From Candidatus Obscuribacterales bacterium (GTDB taxonomy: Bacteria > Cyanobacteriota > Vampirovibrionia > Obscuribacterales > Obscuribacteraceae), in contig CBDDIJ010000003.1 in NCBI GenBank assembly GCA_965228855.1, positions 2,112,001 to 2,176,000 of the forward strand: a DNA stretch of 64,000 bases, written 5' to 3'. Below, piece by piece: positions 1-8,828 of this stretch. Each line of letters starts with the position of its first letter. The first letter of the stretch is position 1. The position numbers and the translations under genes are program-made. Below the pieces are notes generated by a model, which had not been told where the DNA came from, ran no database searches, and worked only from the letters and a program-made list of their open reading frames with translations.

Positions 1-1137
1 TACAGTTTATACGGTATTACCGGCGATGTGCCGACCGCTCTCTTCGGCGGAGGAAGCTCGGGTTCAAGCGCGAATGCCGGTTTACCATCGACAATCCAAA
101 TTCTCAACGCCGGGTTCACTCAAAATGTGTACCAGGGCGGGCGAATTTTGTTTGGAACGCTGGAGCAGAAGCACAGACTGCGCGCGTCCCGCGCAGCACT
201 CTTGGGTAACGTTAACGACACGCTTCTCGAAGCAACTCGTCGTTATTACGATCTTCTTTTGAACGAAGCATTGCTCTCGATTAGAACGAGAGCGGTTTCG
301 ATTTCCGAAGAACAAGTACGCATTAACTCCGCACAGGAAAAGGCGGGAGCCGCGACTGGTCTGGATGTTTTGCAGTCTCAGGCTCAATTAGCAAGTGACG
401 AGCAAAATCTGGTTGACCAGCAAAACGCGAGGAGACAAGCAGCGATCCAGTTGGCGCACGTTTTAAACACAAGTTTTGCCCAGGATTTGGTTTCACGACA
501 AAAACATCTTCGCAAGCGCCGTTTGATCGATAACAATATTCCGATTGAGAGACTTCTCGAAATTGCAATCGACAAACGGCCGGAACTCAAACAGTTCGAG
601 GAACTAAGGTTGGCGGCGAAACGCGCAATCGTCGTCGCAGCAGCTCCGCTCCAGCCCGGCGTAACGTTCGGAGGCAGCGTCTTCGGTATCGCAGCCGGTG
701 GCGGGAATTTCGACAAAATTTTTAATTTAAACCTTGGCGTAAAATGGTCGCTCGGAGGTTTGGGAACGACAGCACTCGCCAACGCACAGCGTGCTCGATG
801 GGAGGCAAGGCAGGCCGCCATTCAAGCCAAGCAAACGTTTCTAGACGTCTTCGATCAAGTTCGTTCTTCATATAACAACAGTTTGGCATCTGACAAACGA
901 ATCGACCGGGCGACCGTGCAGATCAACGCAGCTGAAGAGGAATTGCGTATCGCCAAGAAGCGCATGGAGGCGGGGATTGGTTTGAACATCGATGTGTTAA
1001 ACGCTCAGCGAGATTTGACTCAGGCTAGCATTAACAAATCGCGCGCCGTCATAGACTTCAACGTTGCGCAAGCTCAGCTTCTGCGTGACATAGGCGCCAT
1101 ATCAATCGATGGAGTTCTGAGAGGACTGAAGATCTAA
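1..1137 (+). CDS. TolC-family outer membrane efflux protein (5'-truncated by window edge)
   Basis: Frame open from base 1. Two OEP-type repeats: 'YYDLL...AGAATGLDVLQSQAQLA' and 'AEEELRIAKKRMEAGIGLNIDVLNAQRDL'. Confidence 0.9.
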   Translation, partial: YSLYGITGDVPTALFGGGSSGSSANAGLPSTIQILNAGFTQNVYQGGRILFGTLEQKHRLRASRAALLGNVNDTLLEATRRYYDLLLNEALLSIRTRAVSISEEQVRINSAQEKAGAATGLDVLQSQAQLASDEQNLVDQQNARRQAAIQLAHVLNTSFAQDLVSRQKHLRKRRLIDNNIPIERLLEIAIDKRPELKQFEELRLAAKRAIVVAAAPLQPGVTFGGSVFGIAAGGGNFDKIFNLNLGVKWSLGGLGTTALANAQRARWEARQAAIQAKQTFLDVFDQVRSSYNNSLASDKRIDRATVQINAAEEELRIAKKRMEAGIGLNIDVLNAQRDLTQASINKSRAVIDFNVAQAQLLRDIGAISIDGVLRGLKI

Positions 1138-2097
1138 ATGAGAAACCGCAAGCTTCAGATAGTCGGTATTGCGATTACGTTTGTCGCCGGGGCACTAACT
1201 GCGGTGGCAGCGCTGGAATCGGTATGGTGGCTTCCATATCTAGTCGCTCAGTTTCGCATTCAAATCGCAATCGGCGCCGTGGTCGCCGCAATAGCATTGG
1301 CTGTTTCCAAGCAAACGAGAATCGCAGCTGTTTTATGTATGATTTTTGCAATGTGCAACGCGACCTGCTTTATGCCCGCATTTCTGCCGAACGGAAATCA
1401 TCACGCCCCCAATTTAAACAAAGCGCATTCGATAAACCTTTTAATGCTGAATGTGAACAATAAAAATGAGCGCTTTGTTGACGCCATAAAGTACATTGAG
1501 TCTGTGAATCCGGACGTTCTGCTCATCAGCGAATTGACTCCCGATTGGGAAACGGCACTCAATCAAATGCATGAGTTTAAGTATTCATGCACCGTTCCGC
1601 GGCTCGACACATACGGCATCGCAGTTTATTCCAAGAAGAAACTGCTGAATCCTAAAATCAAATATTACGGAAGCAGCGGACACCCGAGTATTCTCTGCCA
1701 GCTCGACGCTGACTGCCAGCCGGTAACGCTCCTTCACACGCACGTTCAAGGTCCAATTAAACATCGACACTTCCTCTGGCAGAAAGAACAATTCCAAATA
1801 ATGACAAAGGAAGCAGCCAAGCTTCCGAAACCGCTGATCGTGACAGGCGACATGAATAGCACACCATGGACGCATATGCTTGCTGGTCTGGCCAAGAAAT
1901 CGCAGCTTCTGGATACTCGTAACGGATACGGTCTGCAGCTTTCATGGCCGGCGCCTATGATCTGGAGAAAGACTCCAATAGTTTTGCTTCCAATCGACCA
2001 TTGCTTCGCAAGCAAAGACATTGCCGTTCTCGATCGAAAAGTCGGTCCCTTCATAGGCTCCGACCACTATCCAATTTTTATAAGCTTGGGGCTATAG
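1138..2097 (+). CDS. Membrane-anchored endonuclease/exonuclease/phosphatase (EEP, YafD-like) protein
   Basis: N-terminal TM helices, then EEP motifs 'LNV', 'PDVLLISE', 'GDMN', 'IDH', 'GSDHYPI'. Abuts the TolC stop codon. Confidence 0.88.
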   Translation: MRNRKLQIVGIAITFVAGALTAVAALESVWWLPYLVAQFRIQIAIGAVVAAIALAVSKQTRIAAVLCMIFAMCNATCFMPAFLPNGNHHAPNLNKAHSINLLMLNVNNKNERFVDAIKYIESVNPDVLLISELTPDWETALNQMHEFKYSCTVPRLDTYGIAVYSKKKLLNPKIKYYGSSGHPSILCQLDADCQPVTLLHTHVQGPIKHRHFLWQKEQFQIMTKEAAKLPKPLIVTGDMNSTPWTHMLAGLAKKSQLLDTRNGYGLQLSWPAPMIWRKTPIVLLPIDHCFASKDIAVLDRKVGPFIGSDHYPIFISLGL

Positions 2098-2199
2098 CGG
2101 CGGTTGATTCACCAACAACGCGGCAAGATACTCGACGGACTCGTCGTCGAATTCCTGATAAAGCCGTTTCACCAGTTTTACAGTTTCAGAATTGTCCAT
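2092..2199 (-). CDS. Possible 35-aa small protein MDNSETVKLVKRLYQEFDDESVEYLAALLVNQPPL
   Basis: Translated by hand (below the ORF-track cutoff). ATG at 2199, TAG at 2094-2092, amphipathic-helix-like composition, no clear SD. Confidence 0.3.
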   Translation of the reverse strand: MDNSETVKLVKRLYQEFDDESVEYLAALLVNQPPL

Positions 2200-2338
2200 G
2201 AATTAACTAGACCGTTTTCCGGGCGAAAAAAACTCCTTCGCTTGTGTCAATCTTGTCCGATTTGGATCAAAAACGCCTCAGATCGCTCTGAAGCAAACTG
2301 CAAAAACGCCAACAGTTAAGCCTTTCCACGTTTAATGT

Positions 2339-2374
2339 TTTGTCACAAGTTTGTCACGCCTTCAACCGTACAAT
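2339..2374 (+). promoter_or_regulatory. Pho-box/OmpR-type direct repeat plus -10 element upstream of 2502..3158
   Basis: TTTGTCAC at 2339 and 2350 (11-bp period), followed 11 bp later by TACAAT (2369-2374). Confidence 0.5.
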
Positions 2375-2501
2375 GTCCTCACTGCAAACGACCGACCGGT
2401 TCCAATCTCTCTTACTAGACCGAGTTTGCAGTCGGTGTAACCAGTGGTTCTGGTGGCACTGCTTTGTATCGCTTCGCTGCTGACGGTTTGAGGTTAGTCA
2501 A

Positions 2502-3158
2502 ATGTCCAGACAGTACAACGACAATTTCGAATCCGGACTGGGAAGCGGTAGAACTTCATTCGTAAATCCGAACGGAGCAATGATGGTGAGCGCCACATCG
2601 CGCTACACCGGTCCTTCGCAGCTGCACAATATTCAATTCAATGGATTTGCTCCGTGCCTCGTCGCTGGTGGAGAGGAAGTTCCGGTTCCGGAAGAAAATT
2701 CTCCGAAATCGGACCGCTCCGAAGCGTTCACCCGCTGGCCGTTCATGAAGTCGCGCGATCAAGAGTCCCTTCATGACAGAATCTCGGACAAGGTACTGGA
2801 CTTGATGGACCAAGCCACACTGAACGAACTCAACGCTCAAATGGTGGCATATGAATCGGCTTTCAAAGCTTGGACGCTCGCCATGGACTCGATGACTCCT
2901 CCGGAACTCGACGATTACTCGTTGATCAAAGCGCACAACAACTCAGTTGCGAATGTGGAAAGAATAATTGTCCAGGCTGTCTTCGCTGACCTGACAAAAG
3001 AAGAGAGCGTGAGACTAGACCGCGAATGCGATCCGCAAGGACCTAGCTTCGCTCCGAAGCAAATGACCGACGAAGTAGTAAAAAGAATTCGCGAACAAAC
3101 TCGCACGTATCTCAACTGCACTGACAAAGTTTCCTACGCGAGCACAACCGGACTTTAG
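2502..3158 (+). CDS. Hypothetical protein (low-complexity N-terminus, helical C-terminal part)
   Basis: 218-aa ORF with GAGG SD upstream. No recognisable motif. Confidence 0.7.
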   Translation: MSRQYNDNFESGLGSGRTSFVNPNGAMMVSATSRYTGPSQLHNIQFNGFAPCLVAGGEEVPVPEENSPKSDRSEAFTRWPFMKSRDQESLHDRISDKVLDLMDQATLNELNAQMVAYESAFKAWTLAMDSMTPPELDDYSLIKAHNNSVANVERIIVQAVFADLTKEESVRLDRECDPQGPSFAPKQMTDEVVKRIREQTRTYLNCTDKVSYASTTGL

Positions 3159-3161
3159 CTG

Positions 3162-3192
3162 TGAGGAGTGGAAGGGCAGTCCGCTCTTCACG
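3162..3192 (+). terminator. Stem-loop immediately after the 2502..3158 stop
   Basis: GTGAGGAGTGGA...TCCGCTCTTCAC pairs with G-U wobbles. No U-tract. Confidence 0.35.
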
Positions 3193-3381
3193 GCGCAAGT
3201 CTAATCGCGTTGCACCAGGTTTCACTCGCTGAGCACAACAACCGCAAGATATCGATCGTTGAGCAGACGGTCGATGTTTTGTTTTTAGAGTGTTGATAGA
3301 ATGAAACCCATCTATCTTTCGAGCCGCATACGCATGCCTGACGGGGAAATCACCTACGAGCAGCGTTTAGGGGTCCTATTC

Positions 3382-3780
3382 ATGGCAGAGTTCTGGCGTT
3401 TTTGTAACGACAACGCGATATACATAATTTTTCTGCCGCTGGTCATAACAGATCTCTTGATCGCACGCGAATTCGTGAAATGGTCATCACAAGCATCGAA
3501 ACTGCGAATGTGGATCACAATTGTTTTACTGGGCATTTTTTTCTTCTATCTCAGGACCCACTACGGTCTGCTTGAAGTAGCAATGACGCTTCTTCCACCA
3601 ATCAGATGCCTTGCGGTGCTCTCAGGAGCAAAGACAAAACCTCTTTACGGTATAGTGCTGATAGTCTCAGCTCTGTTCGGAATCACTCTTCTTCTACTCT
3701 GTTATAGAAACTGGCTGCACATACCTGCACCTGTACATTTCTATCCGGTGACGCCCGGTGAACTGGAGGTCCTGCAGTGA
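3382..3780 (+). CDS. Small ~4-TM membrane protein, paralog 1 of 3
   Basis: ATG 3382 follows TTTAGGGGTC (ORF track extends to 3301). Hydrophobic; motifs 'D..I.REF..W', 'LLPPIR', 'KTKPLY'. Confidence 0.7.
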   Translation: MAEFWRFCNDNAIYIIFLPLVITDLLIAREFVKWSSQASKLRMWITIVLLGIFFFYLRTHYGLLEVAMTLLPPIRCLAVLSGAKTKPLYGIVLIVSALFGITLLLLCYRNWLHIPAPVHFYPVTPGELEVLQ

Positions 3781-3817
3781 CAGCCAATTCACTTCAACCA
3801 ATATAGGGGCGCAGGTC

Positions 3818-4183
3818 ATGGACTATCTCATAGGTTTTTGGCCCCTATTTGCCATCATCGGATACATCGTCGTTGCCGATGTGGTAATTATGAGCCAGTA
3901 CTTCAGGTGGTTAGTGCGTCAGCGCCAGTGGATGGTAAGCCTCACTGTTATTTTCATTTGCGTTCTACTTGGTTCAATGTACGCAGCAAATGACAGAAAG
4001 ATCTGGGCACTTCTAACCTTCCTTCTGCCGATCTTCCGTTTTTCGATAGCGTGGAGATACAAGATTCTTCCTAAATACCAGCTTCCACTATTGTTGGCGT
4101 TCGTAATTTCAGCTGGCTTCCTGGTAACGTTTCCGTCGGAATTTTTTGATTTACGAAATTGGCAGCTTGATCAAATGTTTTAA
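3818..4183 (+). CDS. Small ~4-TM membrane protein, paralog 2 of 3
   Basis: ATG 3818 follows TATAGGGG. Motifs 'D.VI.SQY..W', 'LLPIFR', 'KILPKY'. Confidence 0.7.
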   Translation: MDYLIGFWPLFAIIGYIVVADVVIMSQYFRWLVRQRQWMVSLTVIFICVLLGSMYAANDRKIWALLTFLLPIFRFSIAWRYKILPKYQLPLLLAFVISAGFLVTFPSEFFDLRNWQLDQMF

Positions 4184-4207
4184 CCACGCTTATTTAGAGG
4201 GTCTACA

Positions 4208-4543
4208 GTGTACGAATTTATTGCTCTACTTTCGCTCTTCGCCATTCCTGTGACGGTCGCAGCGATATTGCTGGTTTTTCAGGAATTAGTCCATTGGGTT
4301 CGCAATAAGAAGCTTGCGCAGATCAGCATATTGCCAATTATTCTTTGCCCTCTAGCGGGCCTAGCCTATGGCACAAGGCTTGCGGTGCCAGTCGTAATAG
4401 TTATGATGTTATGCACGTTGCCGGTGATTCGAGTTTTACTGGGATTCCAAATGAAGACACCGTTAGGTTATTGGATGATCTTGGTACCTGCTGCAACTGT
4501 CTGTCTTGCGGAATTAGTTGGAATTGTACTTGCTATTCATTAG
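4208..4543 (+). CDS. Small ~4-TM membrane protein, paralog 3 of 3
   Basis: GTG 4208 follows TTTAGAGGGTC. Motifs 'QEL..W', 'TLPVIR', 'KTPLGY'. Confidence 0.7.
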   Translation: MYEFIALLSLFAIPVTVAAILLVFQELVHWVRNKKLAQISILPIILCPLAGLAYGTRLAVPVVIVMMLCTLPVIRVLLGFQMKTPLGYWMILVPAATVCLAELVGIVLAIH

Positions 4544-4590
4544 GGTACGTAAACGCACCCAGCGATTCGCGAACGTCTTCACGAAAATGA

Positions 4591-6390
4591 TTACGCTGTC
4601 TGTATCTCAGCCGCTTTCTTCAAACCAAGTTCGTCAACCATGCGATCGCGCATCACGAACTTCTGAATTTTTCCTGTGACAGTCATCGGAAACTCTTCCA
4701 CGACTCTTATGTATTTTGGAACTTTGAAGTGCGCAATCTTCTCTTTGAGCCATGATTGAACATCTTCAGGCGTCGTGGTCCGACCAGGTTTGACCATAAA
4801 CCACATCGCGACATCTTCACCGAGAAATTCGTCGGGTACTCCAAAAACCTGAGCTTGCGAAATATCGGGATGGGTATGCAAAACTTCTTCAATCTCGCGA
4901 GGGTAGACGTTCTCACCGCCGCGGCAAATCATATCTTTGCTGCGGCCAGTGATGTTCAAATATCCTTCGTTGTTCATCACTCCCAAATCACCGGAATGCA
5001 ACCAGCCAGATTTGTCGATTGTCTTTTCCGTGGCCTCAGGATTATTCCAGTAGCCGAGCATCACATTATGACCACGGCAAAGAATCTCTCCTTGTGAGCC
5101 TTTCGGAAGGATCTCTTGCGTTTCAGGATCAACGATCTTCAGCTCAATACCTGGAATAATTCTGCCAACAGTCGTTGCGCGCAGTTCCAGACTGTCACTA
5201 ATAGTGGTGGCAGTCATTAGCGGAGCGCTCTCGGTCAATCCATAAAGGATCACGACTTGCTCCATATGCATCTCGCTGGCAACACGTCGCATCAGCTGCA
5301 CTGGGCAAGGCGCTCCGGCCATAAACCCACCGCGCAAACTGGACAAATCATATTTTGAAAATTCAGGTGAATCTAACTGCGCAATGAACATAGTTGGCAC
5401 ACCAGACATATGCGTGCAACGTTCGTTCTGGACAGTTTCCATCGCCGGTATCTCTTGGAAGAATGGGCTTGGAATCACCACGGTTCCACCAACACTCAAC
5501 ACGGCAAGCGCACTGCTGATCATGCCACCACAATGGTAGAACGGCATGGGCACGCAGAAACGACTCGATGAATCCAGCGCCATTGCGACGGCAGCAGCGT
5601 ATCCGTTGTTTATCAAATTATGGTGGCTGAGTGTCACGCCCTTGGGAAAACCGGTCGTGCCTGACGTGTATTGAATGTTCACCGGATCGTCGAACTGCAC
5701 TCGCGCGCGCCGTTCCTTCAAGTAGATCGGGTCGACGTTCGAACTCAGCTGCATGAACTGATCGAAGCTGTTGAAGGTAGGAGCCTTCCCCTCAGACGGC
5801 GACCGCAACGGAGCGCACAACTCAGACTCGCTCAGATCTCCCATGACGATGACCTGTTCCAGGTCTTTCACCCGTGAGTCTCCTCGCTGTTTCTTCGCAT
5901 CAAAAGCATGCGGCGCGAGCTCCATCACCATCGATAGATAATTGCTCGTCCTGTTTTTCGGAATAGTAAATAGTAGTTTCAGTCCGGATTGGTTGAGAGC
6001 ATACTCCAGCTCGCCGGTCCTGTAGCCAGGATTGATGTTGACCAGAATAGCGCCAATCTTAGACGCTGCAAGAAATATGACAAACCACTCGCAGTTGTTC
6101 GTCGACCAAATTCCCACGCGATCACCGCGCTTCACGCCCTGGTCCATCAGAGCCAGCGCGAGCAAATCTGACTGTCTCAGCAGCTCCTCATAAGTGATTC
6201 GTTTGCCCTCTTGAGGGCTCACTAGAGCCTCGGTGGACCGGGAGTTACGCGTCACTTCTTCTATATGCTGAAATATCGTACGACCGATTAGCGGCTCGCG
6301 CATAACACCGTGATCGTAGCTAGGTGACCACGTGGAGCCGTCCGGTTCATTCATTTGATTTTGAGAATCTACAGTCGGTTGCGTCTTCAC
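4591..6390 (-). CDS. AMP-binding acyl-CoA synthetase (ACSF2/YngI-like)
   Basis: 'QYTSGTTGFPKG', 'YGLTE', 'WLHSGDLG', 'GRSKDMI..GGENVYPREIE', 'TGKIQK'. Confidence 0.93.
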   Translation of the reverse strand: MKTQPTVDSQNQMNEPDGSTWSPSYDHGVMREPLIGRTIFQHIEEVTRNSRSTEALVSPQEGKRITYEELLRQSDLLALALMDQGVKRGDRVGIWSTNNCEWFVIFLAASKIGAILVNINPGYRTGELEYALNQSGLKLLFTIPKNRTSNYLSMVMELAPHAFDAKKQRGDSRVKDLEQVIVMGDLSESELCAPLRSPSEGKAPTFNSFDQFMQLSSNVDPIYLKERRARVQFDDPVNIQYTSGTTGFPKGVTLSHHNLINNGYAAAVAMALDSSSRFCVPMPFYHCGGMISSALAVLSVGGTVVIPSPFFQEIPAMETVQNERCTHMSGVPTMFIAQLDSPEFSKYDLSSLRGGFMAGAPCPVQLMRRVASEMHMEQVVILYGLTESAPLMTATTISDSLELRATTVGRIIPGIELKIVDPETQEILPKGSQGEILCRGHNVMLGYWNNPEATEKTIDKSGWLHSGDLGVMNNEGYLNITGRSKDMICRGGENVYPREIEEVLHTHPDISQAQVFGVPDEFLGEDVAMWFMVKPGRTTTPEDVQSWLKEKIAHFKVPKYIRVVEEFPMTVTGKIQKFVMRDRMVDELGLKKAAEIQTA

Positions 6391-6391
6391 A

Positions 6392-6703
6392 TTACATCGG
6401 GAAAGCGTCTTTGCCGCCCATGATGAGCATCTTGTCGGTTTTGGTTTTCTCTTGCTTAACTACTCGATCCTGAATACCAGGCTTCATGCGGTTGCGGCGA
6501 TCGTTGATTTTGACCGCTTTGCGAGCTTCATTGAGAATATCGACAGCTGTTTGGATTGTGTCATCACCAGCCTGAGCCGGTAGTGTGTTGACTGCGGATG
6601 CGACAACCGGTGTAGGAGCGTCACTGACGATCCCTGCTGCCGACGGAACTGAACCGCTTGAAGACAACATGATTACTGACGCGAGAATTGCTAGATTCGA
6701 CAT
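6392..6703 (-). CDS. Small hypothetical exported protein
   Basis: Hydrophobic N-terminus. SD-like AGGAA upstream. Stop lies 1 bp from the synthetase start. Confidence 0.6.
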   Translation of the reverse strand: MSNLAILASVIMLSSSGSVPSAAGIVSDAPTPVVASAVNTLPAQAGDDTIQTAVDILNEARKAVKINDRRNRMKPGIQDRVVKQEKTKTDKMLIMGGKDAFPM

Positions 6704-6795
6704 AATCGATTTCCTACTTTGTGCCTGCAGGAAGTATAGCGCTGCTTGGAAATATCGTGGAAACCTGTCAGTATTGGTTTAATATTTGTATATAG

Positions 6796-8151
6796 ATGCA
6801 AAGCGTGACAGGCACCAGAAAGACGTTTCACATGAAGCACAATTTAACTCCAAGCCTCATGACAAGCCTCCGTAGAGCCTTTCCCCGTTTTGCGATGTCC
6901 GCCTTACTGACATCCTATCTAATGAGTTTTGAGACGGCTTTCGCGGACGATGCTGCGGCAATTCGTGACCACATCAACAGAGGCAACGCTCTGCTAGCTC
7001 GAAAACAGTTTCAAGAAGCCATCTCAGAGTACGAAGCGGTCCTCCAGATACAGCCTGATTACCCGATTGCGAAGAGCAATATTGCTCTCACACACAACAA
7101 CTGGGGCATCTTGCTCTACAGTCAGCACAAATACGCAGAGGCGAAGGAGCAGTGGGAAACAGCTCTGAAACTCAATCCACGCGATGGACATGTCGTTCGC
7201 AATCTGAAAATAGTAGAGGCTGCTTTGGCAAGAAATCCGCAGCCGGAGCAAACACCAACTAATCCAAAACCCAGCGGACCGCAGGATTGGAACCCTTTCG
7301 ACGAATCACTGGATAACATCCCGAAGAAAAACACAAACGCCGCCTCTGACACTCCACCAGCAGCGGTGGCATCACCATCTGGTAGTCCTTCGAGCAGCAC
7401 GGCTGCAGCTACGATTTCGACAGCCAACTCTAGCGCCGCAACCGCGAAAAATGAAACCACAAGCCAGCCCTCTGGACCAGTAATAATTTTGGGAGGTGCG
7501 TCGAGCGTTCAAACATCAAATGGGACAGGAAACACCACTGACAGCGGCTCAAGAGAGGCAGGGACCATGCCACATGCCCAGAGCAGCACAACGAACTCGC
7601 CGCCGGTGACCTCCGAAGATCCCTTCAGCAGCCCATCGACGGAGCCGACACCTCCGTCCAACAAACCAAATTTCAACACCGTCGACTCAAGCACAAATTC
7701 AGTCCGCATCGTAGGGGGCACCAGCGGTGGTGCGACGATTGTTGGTGGAAGCACCGTATCAGGTGGCGGGAAGTCATTCACGCCCAGCACCACAACGAAC
7801 ACTACACCACCCTCTTTCGTTCCAGCGAAGGTTCCTCCAAAACCAGCTGGCGGCAGCACTCCCATGTCCTGGCCGGGGGCTGACGAGGAGCACGCGCCAA
7901 TGATCGGGAGGCCAGCCAGAACTCCGAATTCTACGAAAATTGACAAACACCATGAACAAACGGCTCAAGATGATTCGCTAAACGTCGAGAGCTTACTTGA
8001 AGAAATCGAGATCAAGCTCTACGGAAAGGTCAGCAAAAATCAGCCTATCCTTAAGCGAATCGAAAAACTAGAAGTCGATACACTCGGAAAGAAAAAATCA
8101 GGTCCTATTGCTGATCGCTTAAAAGAACTAAAAGAAACCTACGGTCTCTAA
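6796..8151 (+). CDS. Exported TPR-repeat protein with long S/T/P-rich linker and small C-terminal helical domain
   Basis: Signal-like 'FAMSALL...TAFA-DD'. TPR consensus 'HINRGNALL...EAISEYEAVLQIQPD' and 'NNWGILL...A...WETALKLNP'. True start uncertain (6796-6859). Confidence 0.8.
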   Translation: MQSVTGTRKTFHMKHNLTPSLMTSLRRAFPRFAMSALLTSYLMSFETAFADDAAAIRDHINRGNALLARKQFQEAISEYEAVLQIQPDYPIAKSNIALTHNNWGILLYSQHKYAEAKEQWETALKLNPRDGHVVRNLKIVEAALARNPQPEQTPTNPKPSGPQDWNPFDESLDNIPKKNTNAASDTPPAAVASPSGSPSSSTAAATISTANSSAATAKNETTSQPSGPVIILGGASSVQTSNGTGNTTDSGSREAGTMPHAQSSTTNSPPVTSEDPFSSPSTEPTPPSNKPNFNTVDSSTNSVRIVGGTSGGATIVGGSTVSGGGKSFTPSTTTNTTPPSFVPAKVPPKPAGGSTPMSWPGADEEHAPMIGRPARTPNSTKIDKHHEQTAQDDSLNVESLLEEIEIKLYGKVSKNQPILKRIEKLEVDTLGKKKSGPIADRLKELKETYGL

Positions 8152-8242
8152 TCCTTTTTTATCGAAGTTCGTCAAGGTCTTGCCTGTTTGTGCACTTGCC
8201 TGCGCAAATTCTGGTCAAGGTGCTCTAGTATTGACTAAAAGT

Positions 8243-8273
8243 TTGACCGCCCAACCCATTGTATATACAATGG
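8243..8273 (+). promoter_or_regulatory. Sigma70 promoter overlapped by a perfect 18-bp palindromic operator
   Basis: TTGACC (8243-8248), 17 bp, TACAAT (8266-8271). Palindrome CCATTGTATATACAATGG at 8256-8273. Confidence 0.75.
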
Positions 8274-8359
8274 AGTATACAAGGCTGAGATGGAAATCTA
8301 CATTCAATTCGTTTATACATTCGCTTCAGAACACGCCAAATTTATAGAGAATAGCTACC

Positions 8360-8821
8360 ATGACGGATTCGAAGAAAAATAAAAAAGGGAATTGGAGAAA
8401 GCTCGGAGGCACTTCGGCTGATGATGAAACGAGCAAACAGCTTGAAGACTTAACGCGCGACGTTGATTGGGATGCAGATGACAGCAATGAGGATTTCTCG
8501 GATATCGATGCAGTAGCAAATGGAATGCATGCATTGTCAGACAACGAAACCCAGACGCTTTTCGATTCACTGGGTCTGCAATCGATATCTATCCGATTGT
8601 CACGTCATCTGCTTGAACAGTTCAAAGCCTTCGCGGAACTAGAAGGCATCGGTTACCAGCCACTAATGAGGAGAGTCCTCGAGAACTACGAACGAAAAAA
8701 TAGACACCGTTTGGCGGAGAGTAGCACTCCTCTATCACCGGAAGAAGTACAAGCATTGGTTCGTGAACGGAATAACTTGATAGCAGAGAATCAGCGCCTT
8801 CGTGAACTTCTAAAGAAATGA
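8360..8821 (+). CDS. Ribbon-helix-helix CopG/BrnA-like antitoxin or regulator
   Basis: 'LQSISIRLSRHLLEQFKAFAELEGIGYQPLMRRVL' matches the BrnA/CopG-antitoxin pattern (ISIRL...K..A...G..YQ.L). Acidic N-terminus. Confidence 0.75.
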   Translation: MTDSKKNKKGNWRKLGGTSADDETSKQLEDLTRDVDWDADDSNEDFSDIDAVANGMHALSDNETQTLFDSLGLQSISIRLSRHLLEQFKAFAELEGIGYQPLMRRVLENYERKNRHRLAESSTPLSPEEVQALVRERNNLIAENQRLRELLKK

Positions 8822-8828
8822 GCCGTCG

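Noticed and set aside
3382..4543. Integron gene-cassette array
   Set aside because: Intergenic gaps are only 24-37 bp with no attC (RYYYAAC...GTTRRRY) palindromes, and there is no integrase.
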